Source: Lama guanicoe
Taxonomy: Eukaryota
Assembly: GCA_013239625.1 (NCBI GenBank)
Contig: MU053561.1
Location: 5,320,439-5,384,438, forward strand
Reading direction: 5' to 3'
DNA length: 64,000 nucleotides
A model generated the notes under the pieces. That model was not told where the DNA came from, did no database searches, and saw only the letters and a program-made list of their open reading frames with translations. Of the stretch, positions 1 to 13,495 are shown in pieces (the first letter of the stretch is position 1; each line of letters begins with the position of its first letter). A program made the position numbers and the translations under genes.

Positions 1-200
1 CGCGCTGCTTTGCCTTTTGTTCTTTCTTTTTTCCTTTTCTCCTACCAGATTTTTGGCGTCTTTATCTTTTGAAGAGGGCGATGATCTGTTGGAGTTCCGC
101 AGGTGCTCTGGTTGGCTGAGTGGGTCTGTAGATGTGGGTCTTGGTGTATTTGTGGGAGAGGGTGACTTACAAGCGTCCTTCTACTCCGCCATCTTGCCCA
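1..200 (-). mobile_element. 5' end/5'UTR of a LINE-1, truncated by the window edge
   Basis: minus strand reads CAAGATGGCGGAGTAGAAGGACGC, the typical L1 5' terminus with a YY1 core (186-196). Confidence 0.7.
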
Positions 201-206
201 GAAGTC

Positions 207-915
207 TATATGAGCTATTTATATATTCTGGAAATTAAACCTTTGTCAGTTGCATTGTTCGCAAATATTTTTTCCCAGTCCGTAAGTTGTCTTTTCATTT
301 TGTTTATGGTTTCCTTTGCTGTGCAAAAGCTTATAAAAGTTTAATTAGGTCCCATTTGTTTGTGCTTTTATTTCTATTGCCAGGGTAGACTTCCGTAGGA
401 GAACATTGCTAAAATTTATGTCAGAGATGTTTTGCCTCTGTTTTCTTCTAGGAGATTTATCATGTCTTGTCTTATGTTTAAGTATTTAAGCCATTTTGAG
501 TTTATTTTTGTGTATGACATGAGAGAGTGTTCTAACTTCATTGATTTACATGCGGCTGTCCGGTTTTCTCAACACCACTTGCTGAAGAGACTGTCTTTTC
601 TCCAGTGTATATTCTTGCCTCCTTTGTCCAAGATTAATTGACCATTGGTGTGTGGGTTTATTTCTGACTCTCTATTCTGTTCCATTGATCCATAGGTCTG
701 TTCTTATGCCAAATACCATTTTGACTACTGTAGCTCTATAGTATTGTCTGAAATCTGGGAAGGTTATTCCTCCAGCTTCGTTCTTTTTCTTCAACATTGC
801 TTTGGCAATTCTGTGTCTTTTGTGATTCCATATAAATTTTAAGATTGTTTATTCTAGCTCTGTGAAAATATCCTGGGTAATTTGATAGGGATTGCTTTAA
901 ATCTGTAGATTCTGT
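207..915 (-). mobile_element. LINE-1 ORF2 3' region fragment, antisense
   Basis: typical antisense L1 text (tttgctgtgcaaaagctt, caacaccacttgctgaagagactgtc, gattccatataaattttaag). Confidence 0.85.
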
Positions 916-1245
916 TGCTTTTTGATGGAATCTTTAAGTCCATTTGGTCTAACATATTGTTTAAGACCAATGTTTCCTTATTATTTTTTAAAATTTTATT
1001 CAATTTATTGAAACTAAAAAATAAAATTAATTCATTTCTTCTATCCTCTACTGCCCACCTCTTATAACCACCAATCTGCTGTTCTCTGTATCTATGAATG
1101 TGGTTTTTATCTTTTAAGAATTTTTAAAAATTTATATTTCATATATAAGAGGAATCATTCAGTATTTGTCTCTCTCTGTCTAGCTTATTTTGTATAGCAT
1201 ACTGCCCTCAGGTTTCATCTATGTTGTTGCAAATGGCAAGATTTC

Positions 1246-2510
1246 ACAGCCCACAGCTAACAACATCATATTCAATGGTGAAAAGCTGAAAGTTTTTCTT
1301 CAAAGAATTAGGAACATGACAATGATGCCCCCTCTTGCCACTTTATTCAACATATTGGAAGTCCTAGCCAGAGCAATTAGGGAAAAAGAAAATAAATAAA
1401 TAAAAGGCATCTAAATCAGAAGGGAAGAAGTAAAACTCATTTTTTGCAGATGACATGATATTATATTTAGAAAACCCTAAAGACTCCACCAAAAAGTGAT
1501 CAGAACTTATAAACGAATTCAGTAAAGTTGCAGCATACAAAATTAGTATATAGAAATATGTTGCATTTGATATGCTGAAAATGAACTATCAGAAAGAGAA
1601 ATTAAGAAAATAATAAGAGGATATAACATTTGTAAATATTTACACACCCAAGGATGACAATTATCAGATAAGTCAAAAGATAGTAAGTGTTAGCCAGGGT
1701 ATAGAAAAAAGGGCAACCTTGTATACTGTTGGTGGGAATGTACATTAGTACAGCCATTAAAGAAAAGGGTATGGAGGCTCCTCAAAAAATTAGAATTATC
1801 TTATGATCCAGCAATCCTTCTTCCTAGGTATTTATCCAGAGGAAGTAAAATTTCCTTTCTTGAAGAGAATTCTTTCTTGAAGAGATAGATACATACACCT
1901 CATATTCATTGCAGCATTATTATTATAGTAGCCAAGATACAGAAACAACGTAAGTGTCCGCTGACAGATGAATGGGTAAAGAAAATGTGCCCTATCTCTC
2001 CATCTGTCTAGCGCTCTCATGCAATGGAATATTATTCAGCCTTAAAAAAGAAGGAAATCCTGCCATTTGTGACAACACAGATGAATCTGAAGAACATCAC
2101 ACTAAGAGCAAACACTGCATAATCTCATTTATATGCAGAACCTGAAAAAGTCAAACTCATAGAAGCCGAGAGTAGAATGGTCACCAGAGGCTGAAGGGTG
2201 GGGAAAATGGGAGATGTTGGTCAAAGGTTACAGACTTACAGTTGCAAGATGAATAAGTTTGGGATATGTAATATACAGCGTTGTGACTATAGTTTATAAT
2301 ACTGTATTGTATACTTGAAATTTGCTAAGAGAGTAGATTTCAAATTGCAATGCACAAAAAATGCTAATGATGTGAGGTGATGAATAAGTTCATTAACTTG
2401 ATTGTGGTAATCATTTCACAATATATATGTATATCAAAACATCACACTGTGTATCTTAAATATATATAATTTTTATTTGTCAATCCTATCTAAATAAAGG
2501 TGGGAGGAAA
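1246..2510 (+). mobile_element. degenerate, internally deleted LINE-1 (RT region to 3' UTR), sense; preceded by an antisense L1 3' fragment at ~1020-1245
   Basis: remnants [27 protein letters not shown] and [12 protein letters not shown] (~1443-1478); L1MA-like 3' UTR ending in aataaa near 2492. Confidence 0.85.
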
Positions 2511-3589
2511 ATGAGGCAATTAACAATTTTAGGACAGAATTTCTAAGAAAGGAAATATAATCACTATTTACTATTTAGGTGGGAACAATATTTATGTAAT
2601 CATAATACTCTAAACATCAAATGTTGATTTAACTAAAATTGTGATGAAAGTTATGGGAGGGAAACTACAGTGCATGTGGGAAGGCATGTGTATGTGTGCT
2701 TGGTGTTATAATAATCATTAATATTTAGCATGGGTCTTGCATTTATTTTAAGCACTGCTCTCTCACTCTCACTCTCTTAATCGGTCCTTCCAGCAATCCC
2801 ATGAGGTAGACATATTATCGTTCTCATTTTACAGGTAAAGGTACTGAGGTATAGGGAGACTAAGTAAGAAACCTATCTCCTCATCTTCAACAGTTAGGAA
2901 GTGAGTGGATAGCATCTAAAATTGAAGAAAGCACTGTACACATCTTATTTAGAAATAATTAAGAATAAATAATGAGGAAGTAGGAATCCAGGGTAAGGAA
3001 GAGTGAGGCTGGAAAGAGGTCTTTTTTTTTTTTATTAGCCTTGTAATATAAGTATTTTAATAAAAAGAAAGATTTAATTTAAAGAGTTTCCCCTCCAAAA
3101 AGAAAAGACAAATACATTGAATGAAGTTACGTGCGGTATCTTTTATTTATACCACTAGCCAAACACAACAAATCTCATCAATGTTTAGATGATCTTTGGG
3201 GTCAGATAGATTTTAATGTACATTATATTACTTTTCCTAATTCTTCTGTCCCCTCCCTGTAAGAAGATTGTTCTGTCTTCACCTCTTGTCCTGTAACTTG
3301 CAGTGCCTTCCTGTGGGAGGAGATTCCTCGCCTCCCCAGCTTGGCCAGAGGACCAGGAGCGGAAGGGACCTCCCCGCCCCTGACCAGCCTTGTGCCTGCA
3401 CTCACCTTTCTTCCTCAGCGAGCCGTCAGAGTGCTCAAGCTTGGGCTCAGAATTCTTCTGTGGCCTCATCTTCACACTGATCCCACAGTTTTAATTACCA
3501 AGACTTCTGGAGTCTACTTTCTAAGATTTTTTTGACTATGAATACTTCTCCCAATTCATGCTTCTGATTACCTGGACGACCTGTTTGCA

Positions 3590-3775
3590 CCCCTCTGGTC
3601 CACAAGCTGTCACCGGCACCACACCCCTGGGGCACCACAGCCTTGGTGTTCTCCTTGTGTGTTGTCCGTGTCTAAGCCAGCTTTTGTGCAAAGCGGCCGA
3701 CTTGAGTATCTGCACAGAGGCAGTATAGCCCACAAACCCTAAAATACCATCTGCCCTTTACAGATAAAGTTTGAT
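3590..3775. mobile_element. hAT-Charlie MER58-like fragment
   Basis: gcccacaaaccctaaaatac...tctgccctttacagataaagttt resembles the MER58A end; boundaries approximate. Confidence 0.5.
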
Positions 3776-4839
3776 CTAGGTTGTTAGAGTAGCTTTTTAA
3801 ATTTTTTTCCTCTGCTCCCTGTCTCCCCTCACCCCTCATAATCACTGAAGCTGGCTTGTTATTTTGTGTTTAACACAAGTCTGACTGTCATTCTTATATT
3901 TTTGACTTATTCTGACTTCCCAGTATCCTTACAATAAATAAACATTCTTAGAGCATGATTATCGTCTTAAAATCTGGCTTCTGCTTCCTTCTCCAGTTTC
4001 TCTCTTTCATACCTTAACCCCCTTTCACTTCCACCCTGCTTTAGGCCTTCTTGAACTTTCTTTAGTTTTTGTCTTGCTACTTCTGATTTCTAGTTCTTCT
4101 CATACACTTTTCTTAATTTCCCCTTTTGCTACACCCCATGCCCACCTTTGCAAATTCTCATACATCCTTCAGGTCTCGAGTCAGATGTTACTTTCCTTTG
4201 GAGCTCTCCCTTTGAGTTCTTAAATCTAAGTGTCCTTTACACATGCTCCTATGGCGCTGTGTTTGTAATTGGTGCTTTGTTGTTCATCACCTGCCCTAGA
4301 CCGGGTGACTTCCCTCTCTGTGCCTGACTACTGTACAGTAGTAACGAATCAGTGACAATTAAAGTGGACATTTCAGCACACTGAGGGGGATCTGCTACAG
4401 GGTTTCACTTGTCTTTTATTCCCTGTTAATATGGAGTCGCAGTTATTTCCAGTGCTCCTGTCCCTCTGCCTAAAAGTGGGAACCACACTGGTCAGGTGGT
4501 TCTGAGCCTTGATGATGTTACACAGGCATGTGGGGGGCAAACAACAGAGAGGGCTGAATCCAGCTGGTCACTGGGCCCTGGAGAAAATTTCCAGGCCACT
4601 GCTCTGACAGCTGTTGCAGGGGAATCCTGATTGTCTCCTACACATTTTCCCTGGGCTGCTAGGCCAGAGGTTGTGGCCAATAAGGAAATTCACTCACAGT
4701 GCCCAGGGTTTAATCTCATTGAACTTTCAGAGGCGTGCAAGCTTGTTTATCTCAAACAGCATCTCTCCCTACGTTGATTACAAGTGCATTTTGTACCTTA
4801 GAGTGAGAAGCAGGATGTGTAGTCGTTTGTCGTGAGCGT

Positions 4840-4985
4840 GACTGGCTTACAGTGTCTGGGGCTTGTCTTCCTCGTCTGTAAAGTGAAGATGATAAAGGTG
4901 CCTGACTCACAGGACAGTTGTGAGGACTGCAGGAGTTAAATTCATACAAGTTTTGGTAAAGTGCTTAGAATAGTGCCTGGCACGT
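4840..4985 (+). mobile_element. MIR SINE fragment
   Basis: tctgtaaagtg...ttgtgaggact...aaagtgcttagaatagtgcctggcac. Confidence 0.75.
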
Positions 4986-6201
4986 GCCTCCTCTTATTAT
5001 ACATACTCTAGAGTGTGTTAAAACAAAAGTGTGGCATGTGTTTTTTTATTCTTCCTCAGCACAAACACATACAGGAGTATCTGGTGACGCTCTCATCTGT
5101 CTCAAGAACAGTGGCCATACATTTATTAATGACTTCTGTCGTCTTAGGAAAGAAAAAGTGTTGAGGGAGGTTCAGGGGCTTATCCCCTAGGAGCCCTCGG
5201 ACATTCAGCTCTTTTGTCTGTCTTCCTTTCTGTGCTGTGCACTCTGGAGACAGGGCTGGGTTTTGACTTCCTTACTGCTATACTTAGCTCTAGTAGAGTC
5301 TCTGGAATATAGAAGAAACATGGGGAATATTTGTTGTCTAAGTGAATGAATGAATGAATGTGTTTCTGTTACCAAGGGAAGTTTTCATAGTTTGGTATTT
5401 ACCTTTAGTTAATGCTAATTCTGATTCTGTAGCATTGTAGGTGAAAATTCTAGAAAGCAAAGAAAAAGGCATTCTAAGCTTCTTTAGTTGGAATAATACT
5501 GATGCAAATGTCCACAAGGCCTATGTCTGACAGAATACAAGACAGTGATATTTTTACGTTTTAAATTTTAATTTCTGACTTCGAATGTAACACAAGATTG
5601 TTGTTATTCCCATGAATATTATGCGTATTTCAAAAATTAGTGCCCATGTTTTTTCAAAGGGTTATTTTTTTTCCCCTGAAATGTCTTATTTTCCAAATTA
5701 GATTCCTTCTTAATTTTTTTTACATTTAGTTTTAGAACTTTTTTGGGGTAAAATCTACAGTTTGTAGGTAATTGGATAGAAACATAGGATTCCCTTTAGA
5801 GAAATTGTTTGGCTGCATCTGTTTAGTTAAACAGAACTGAAGATCAATACTGGCTCAATATTTAAAATAAGGAAATAGCAAATGACTGTAACCTTTAATT
5901 TTTACATTAATTTTAATGGTTGAATAGCTAATTTAAAGAACTTGATTGGGAATTAACATGTACAAGTGTTGACTGAGCATGAAATTAAAATTTATCTTTT
6001 AAAACAGTTTTATTTATTGATAGTAATGAAGCAAAACTGTTGTACAAACTTAGACTTTGAAACACAAAAGATGATTCACAAATTTACTTTTAATTCATAA
6101 TATACAGCAAAGTTATCATGACTTTAAAATCCGGAGTTTTTCCTATAAAACCATTGTCTACATGTTAATAAAATAAAACATATTCAGTAAATATGAATAT
6201 A

Positions 6202-6614
6202 CAGGTCTCCCCCATTATCCAAAAGTAGTGTTCCTGTGAAACTTTTTGCAAGCCAAAATGGCATAGAGTGAAGAAGAAATTACTTTAGGGCTCATCTTGC
6301 TAACAGATGCACAGAATAAATCGAGACAGAGCACAGATGCTCACACAGTTCAAAGCTACTGAGGCTTGATGCTGAGATGCCGAGTGTAGTTCCGGGGAGG
6401 GAGCGTGGCGGTGCTGCTCTTGCTGCTCAGATGTGTGCTGCCTCTGCGAAATAGTTGCTGAATTCTGTTTTTGCTTTTTTGCCTTTTTTTTGTAAAAGCA
6501 AAAATCCTCTTTGGATTTTTTTTTTTCTTTTTGGTTAGTGAAAACAGGTACTGAAGTAGGTCTTTTGTAAAAGTGAAATGGCATACAGCGAACTTTTGAA
6601 AAGTGGGATACCTG
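6202..6614. mobile_element. TcMar-Tigger non-autonomous DNA transposon (MER82-like)
   Basis: imperfect TIRs CAGGTCTCCCCCATTATCCAAAAGT / ACTTTTGAAAAGTGGGATACCTG, with TA on both sides (6200-6201, 6615-6616). Confidence 0.75.
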
Positions 6615-6616
6615 TA

Positions 6617-7110
6617 TTCACATACACACCCCAGAGTTGTAAGTGTACAGCTTGAGGAATTTTCACAAACTGAACATAGCTATGTAACAAACACTCAGAT
6701 GCTAAGAAATAGAACATTAGGAGTAACACAGAAGCTCCCCATCACGTGCTCTTCCAGCCCCTGCCACCAGCAGAGGTACCCAGTATCCTTACTAAAAGCA
6801 CCAGAGATTAATTTTGACTTTTTTGAACTTTACGTAAATGAATTATACAACACATACACTTTTGAGACTGCTTTCTTTTGCTCAATATTATGTTTGAGAT
6901 TCAGTCATGTGGCTGCATAATTGTAATTTATTCAGTACAACACCACACTTATTTATCCCTTCTACTGTTGATGGGCAATTTCCATTTGTTGTTGATGTGT
7001 AGTGACCAATTTGAGGCTCTTATAAATAATTCTTCTATGAACATTTTGTACACATGAGTGAAATTTATCTTGGTTATGCACCTTGAAATGAAATGTCCAC
7101 CAGGTTTTTA
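6617..7110 (-). mobile_element. old L1M 3' end fragment, antisense
   Basis: taagtgtacagcttgaggaattttcacaaactg...ttgctcaatattatgtttgagattc...tttatcccttctactgttgatggg. Confidence 0.7.
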
Positions 7111-7139
7111 GCTCCTCATTCTAGTATGTAAATGGACAG

Positions 7140-8450
7140 CCAATGATTACTAAGTATTGGAAAACATCTTCTAGGATGGAAGAGAATGGAAAGAAGTGAA
7201 CCCAAAGAATTAAAGTGAAAAATTTCAAGAGAAGAATTTGAAGAAATTTCCAGAAAGCAGAACAAAAAAGACAAAAAAATTGAAAGTCTTAAAAGGGAAG
7301 AAATTTAAATATAAATTATGAGAAAACTTCCCTAAAACTGAAAGATGTGTATTTTCATATGGAAAGGAGTCTCAGCACAATAGATGATAAAAGACTCATA
7401 TCAAGACACATCATTATGTGATAAAATGAAACACATGTTTAATAATAAATGTCACTTGCATCAAGGAAAAAAGGCACATTATTATGAAATTTCTGAACAC
7501 CATGAATAAAGTGAGGATTCAGAGGAAAGAAACAGTTTATGCTCAAAGGATCAGGAATCAGAATGGCATTGGAGTTTGCAACAGCAACGTTGAAAGCTAC
7601 AAAACAATGGGCCAGTATCTTAATTCCTGAGGGAAAATGATTAACGACTTATAATTCTACATCTAGTGTAACTTGAATCCAGTATAAGGGTAGAATGAAT
7701 TCATTTGCAGACATGCAAGGAGTAAAAACATCTTCTGTGACCTCTTTCTCAGGAAGGTCCTGAAGGATGTGCTCCAAGAAGACATGGGTATAGGAAATGG
7801 GGATTGAGCACAGGAGAGTGGGAAATCCTGGGATTACAGTCGTGCAGCAGGCCTGGGAGTAGCTAGTCTAACTGGAGCAGGAAGATAGAGGGTTCTGGGA
7901 AGGATGTTTCCAGGAATTTTTTTTTTAACTAAGGTGAAAAAGGACTTTGATTTTCTGGCATTTGAGTATTTGGAAAATGATGAATATTTTCACCGGCCTC
8001 ATAGAATAAATGGAAGAATATAAATATAGCTTATAAGGAATGATATTTCATAGTAATCATACTGTAACTGCTGACTACTGATTTGTTAAAAATTAGTATT
8101 ACTATATTGTGAGGATATGTAGTTTTGGGGGTGGAAGTTAGGATGTGGGGATTAGTGCTATAAGAGAGTAAAATTCTCATAGACTATATTAAGAGTCCAT
8201 AGATTATTTCTAAAATCAATAAATTAAAAAATACTGTATAAATATATTGTTTAGACATACATAAATACCAAGAGAAACAGCTAAAGAAAAAACATTAAAG
8301 CTGTTTGCTTTTAATGAACGAAATTGGAAGGAGAGAAGAGGTGGGTCCTGGGACTCCTGTTTTTCATTTACTGATCTTTTGGCACGCTGATTATTTTTAA
8401 AAGTGATAAAAGTATATGCATGCATTACTTCATAAAACAAAAAACTAAAA
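7140..8450 (+). mobile_element. HAL1/L1 ORF1-derived degenerate element
   Basis: gaaaacttccctaaaactg, aaaggatcaggaatcagaatggcatt...caacagcaacgttgaaagcta, tttctcaggaaggtcctgaaggatgtgctcca; boundaries approximate. Confidence 0.6.
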
Positions 8451-8466
8451 CAAATGTTAATGATAG

Positions 8467-8679
<213 letters not shown>

Positions 8680-9088
8680 TAAAGTTGGCTTGTTTCTTAG
8701 GAGTATTGTTATATTATTTCATAGTGGTAGTAAAGATTCTTTTTTAGATATCGTCCCTATATAATGATGTACTTTAATTTCCAAAAGTGATGTTCTTCCC
8801 TCGTCATTCAGGCTTTAGCATTTTTTCCCCTTTGCTTTAATACTGTGTGGCTAGGTAGATGACATGGTTTCTATGAGAGTGAAAGAGGGATGAACTTAGA
8901 GACTTACTGCTGTGTAATTAAAAAAAAATATATTGTCTACCATTCGAACGAGCCTGACTTACTTTGAGCGCCTGTCCTAGTGATTGAGGCAAATATCTAA
9001 GAGGATTCTTTTGAGCTGAACAGGTTATGTGCTGATTTTTTCTTCTCACCTGCTTTTAATATAGTATTACAAGTGGGTATTTGTATAA

Positions 9089-9295
<207 letters not shown>

Positions 9296-9599
9296 TAGAG
9301 GAGTGGGGATACACGAGGACACTTGTTTTTTGCTACTTTTGCTATTAGATCATACAGACCTTACTGTTCTTACACTGACCCTTCGATTTGATGTTTTCAC
9401 GTACACAGAAATGAAGGGACGTACACCATTTGGAGATCATCTTACATTTATTTGCTCAGAGAGTGCAAACCATTGTCTAACTCTCATCTCTTGAATTTCT
9501 TTCCACCTGTCTCACTGGCCAGGCCTTTACAAACTTCTTCTGTCTGACCTTTGAATATTGGATTACCACCAGATTGGCCCGGGTTCTCTTCTCTTTTCT

Positions 9600-10580
9600 A
9601 GGTTCTTTCATCAAGCCCTTTTACTTTAACTATAATTGATACGCTGGTGATTCTCAGATGTATATCGTCAGGCCGGATCTCTCTGCTGAACTTCAGACTC
9701 ATAAATCCAACTGCCTGTTTGACTATTTCCATATGGAGATTAAAAATATCTTGAACTCAATCATATCCCAAATGGGAACTCTTGATTTTTTTTTTAATGT
9801 AATCTTTTTGTTTATATAGACTTATTCCTGTTTAGATCTTCCCCCTATTTCATTAAATGATATCATCAACCACCCAGTTTTCCAGTGAAAAGTTAAGTCT
9901 TCCTATTCTAGTCTGCCACCAACTCTCACATCCCATCTGTCACCAAGTCTGTAAGTTTGGCCTCCAAAATATGTGCTGACAACTTGTTGCCATCTCTCCT
10001 GCCACCATCATAGTCCACAGCACCAGCATCCCCTGGCCTACATCACTGGAATAACGTCTGCTCCAGGCTTTCTTTCTACCAATCACTCTTTTCATAGCAA
10101 TTAGAGAAATCTCTTAAAGTGGAAACCATCTATCGTCACTTTCCTGCTTAAAACCCTTTGGTGATTTCTCGTTACCCATAGAGTAAAAACCCAGACTCCC
10201 CACCAGGGCCTCCAGTGCCCTATGTGGTCTGTTCCCTGCAAACTTCTCGGATGTCTTCCACTCTACTTGCTCAGTCTAGGCACAGGGCCTTTTTCTGTTC
10301 CTCACACAGGGCCTTTCTTTCTTTTTGAAACAATCTTAAGGCTCTTCACGTGGCTATCTTTTCTTGCCTCTGTGAAGTCCATGCTCAGATGTAACTTTCA
10401 TAGAGAGTTGTCCCTGTCTGTACTTTCTAAATCATTTAAACCCCTCAGGCACGATCACAGGAATCTGTTTTAATTTCTCTATTACACATCACTACCTGAT
10501 GTTTTTTCTTGTCTCACTATGTGCAGGGACCTAGTGTATTCTCTTTTTTATATTCCATTACCTACCAGGAATGCTTTCTG
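9600..10580 (+). mobile_element. L2 LINE fragment
   Basis: tacgctggtgattctcagatgtatatc (YADD-region remnant), ctctgctgaacttcagactc, cctgcttaaaaccctt. Confidence 0.7.
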
Positions 10581-11188
10581 AAAGAGGGCAATGTATATAC
10601 CCGAGCAAAAAGACATGAATTAGAACAAAGAGTAGGTGAAAGGTGAAGGTCGGGTTAGGGTGAAAGAATTTGGAGTGATTTTTGTTTTCTTTTATCTATC
10701 TCAGGTGTTTTGAATTGTCTTCATAACTCTCATATTAGTGGCTGCATAATATTCCACCACATAGATATACCATCATTTCAAACTATCATTTTAATATCTG
10801 TATGAGTCTATCATATGGACTCACCATAGACACTTTTTATAACTGCCTAATATACTATTATATACAAGTAATTTACATTACTGTTTCCATATTGTGAGCA
10901 TTTAGGTTATTTCTGTTTCTTTTTTCCTATTAATAATACCATCATGAACAAAATTTTTCAAATTTTGTATTACTTCCTTGAAATTTATTCTCTGAAATAG
11001 AATTAACAAGTCAAAGAATACAAAACATTTTAAGGTTTTTAGTACATATAGTAAAATTGTTGATGACACAATTCTTTTGGTAAGTAGTGGATGAGAATTC
11101 CTGTTTTACCACAAATTACCAGCATTATTATAATATTAAAAATTGTTACCTAAGTGAATGTAAAAAAATTAACATTTTTCTCATTTAA

Positions 11189-11349
11189 AAATTTACTTAA
11201 AATAATTTTTAATTTTTTATTTTGGGGGGATGGGGAGGAGGTAATTAGGTTTATTTATTTATTTCTTAATGGCGGTACTGGGGATTGAACTCAGGACCTT
11301 GTGCATGCTAAGCATGTGCTCTACTACTGAGCTATACCCTTCCCCCCAG
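11189..11349 (-). mobile_element. tRNA-derived SINE, vic-1-like (camelid)
   Basis: minus strand GGGGAAGGGTATAGCTCAGTAGTAGAGCACATGCTTAGCATGCACAAGGTCCTGAGTTCAATCCCCAGTACC with A and B boxes, then (TAAA)n, CCTAATTACCTCC and an A-rich tail; imperfect flanking repeat at 11173-11188 / 11350-11365. Confidence 0.85.
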
Positions 11350-11904
11350 CAGTTTGCTCATTTAATGTGCATTTATTTGGTCACTTGTGAGGGTGAAGTT
11401 AAATACTTTTCCACATGTTTGTTATTAAAGAATTTATTTCTTTTTGAGATAAATTCTATATTCTACATTTTCACATACACCATAGTCTTCCTTCTGGACT
11501 GCATGTTCTGTGCCATCAGTCTGTCTGGTTATTCTCACACCTCTGCCACACTAAATTACTGCAGGTATTTAATATGTAGTAACATTGAGCAGCACAAGTA
11601 TACCTCTGTTACTCTGCTTCTTCAACATTTTCTTTTAGGTGTTCTTGCTTGCTTTTTCTTTCCAAAATAATTTAGAATTATTTTATCATGATCAAAGACC
11701 AAAAGAAAAACATTTGGAACTTGGACTGGAATTCCCTGCTCCACACTTCCCGCTCCAAAATATAGATACAAATATATATGGGGGGAATGGGGAGAAAATT
11801 GATTATGTCTCTTCTTTTAATCAAGTCTTCTGTTATATCTTTCAGTAAAGCTTTGTAGAAATTTTTTTTTTCTTACAAGGCCTGCTTACATTTTGTTAAA
11901 CTCA

Positions 11905-12350
11905 AATTTTTAAAATTGTGGTAAAATATATGTAACATAAAATTTACCATCTTAACCATTTTTCAGTATACAGTTCAGTGACATTAAGTACATTCACATT
12001 GTTAAGCAACCATAACCACCATCCATCTCCAGAGCTTTTTTCATTTTTCCGAATGGAAACTGTATGCATAAATCAATTACTCTCCAATTCCACCCACCTC
12101 CAGCCCCAGCCAACCACCATTCTACTCTCTGACTCTGTGAATTTGACTTCTCTAGGTGCTTCACGTAAGTGGAATCATACAGTTTTTGTCCTTAGTTTAC
12201 TTGGCGTAATATCTTCAAGATTCATCCATTTGTAGCATGTGTCAGTATTTCCTTCCTTTTTGAAGGTGAATGAAAATCAATTGTGTGTATATACCACATT
12301 CTGTTTATATGTTCATCCATCAGAGGATGTGCAGGGGCTTCCACATTAAA
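11905..12350 (-). mobile_element. L1MB/L1MA-like 3' end, antisense
   Basis: taacataaaatttaccatcttaaccattttt...cattaagtacattcacattgtt...caagattcatccatttgtagcatgtgtcag. Confidence 0.8.
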
Positions 12351-12844
12351 GTAAAATATTTTATGTTTTAATTTTTGCTGCTGCAGCTGCAGGCACGAGA
12401 TTTTTTTGTTTTACGAATTTTGACTGGTTATTGTGGTTACATTTGAAAGCTTTTATATTTAAAATTGTTATAACCAGCTACTTTATTAAACTCTCATTAA
12501 TTCTAATGGTCTTTCAGTGCTTCTCTCAGATATTCTGATTACACAGCCATATTGTTGACATAATGAAAATTTGGCTTCCTCTTTTTTCATACATTTCTAT
12601 TGACTTTTATCGAATTAGTCACGATTTTCAGAGCAGTGTGAAGTAATAGCAGTAAGAGTGGTCATCCTGCTTTGTTCATATTCAGAGTGTCTTCATTAAC
12701 ATAACTTGCTGATTTTATTTATATATTCTTTAGCATGTGAAGGAAATATTTTTATATTCCTAGTATTTTAGGAAAGATTGGCATGTAAGATTAACTATAG
12801 ATCAGGAACCAAAGTTAATTTTTATGGAATGCTTTTCCACTATT

Positions 12845-13495
12845 GGAGTTGGACCAGATTTCACAATGAAGGGCCCAGTCCTTCACAAGACTGCCCTCAG
12901 CTCAGACACCAGCCCCACTCTGGGAGGCCACCCTTACTCTGACCAGCTGGCTACAGTGTCCAGGGTCTCCCCTCCTCATTCTCTCAGGTTTAATAATTCA
13001 CTGGAAGACTCGCAGGAAAGTGCTGTGCTTACAATTACAGTTTTATTATAGCAGAAGGATATAAATTAGAAGAGGTGCACAGGGCAAAGTCTGGGAGGGT
13101 TCCAAACAGGAACTTTTCATCGTTCTCAGGGATGTGTTACTCTTCCAGCCATGAAAGAGAGCAGTACACACAGGGCATTGCCAAGTGGAGAAGCTCACCC
13201 GAGCTTTGATATCCAGAGTTTTTATTGTAGCTTTATTATATAGACATGATTGAGTGAGTCATTGGCCAAGTGGTTGAACTCTTATCTTCAGCCCATCTTC
13301 CTTCCCCAGAGGTCAGGCTGGTACAGTGTGGCTCAAAGCCCCCACCCTCTGATTACATAGTTGGTCTTTCTGGTTGTCTAAACTGACAGGTATGGTCCAA
13401 GGGGCCCACTGTGAATAGCAAAGATACTTCCACCGCGTGGGAAACTCCAAAGGTGTGGAGGTTACCTCCCAGGAATCAGGGACAAAGACCATTTA
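12845..13495. mobile_element. LTR relic, MER21-like
   Basis: cacaagactgccctcagctcagacaccagc...tctgaccagctggctaca...acaattacagttttattatagc resembles the MER21 family. Confidence 0.55.

Noticed and set aside
3185..3535. GC-richer unique patch with several short ORFs
   Set aside because: No match to the missing PHTF1 N-terminal exons and no coherent splice or phase pattern.
11275..11347. tRNA-like sequence on the minus strand
   Set aside because: It has a SINE tail and flanking repeat and lacks a proper acceptor stem; it is a SINE head, not a tRNA gene.
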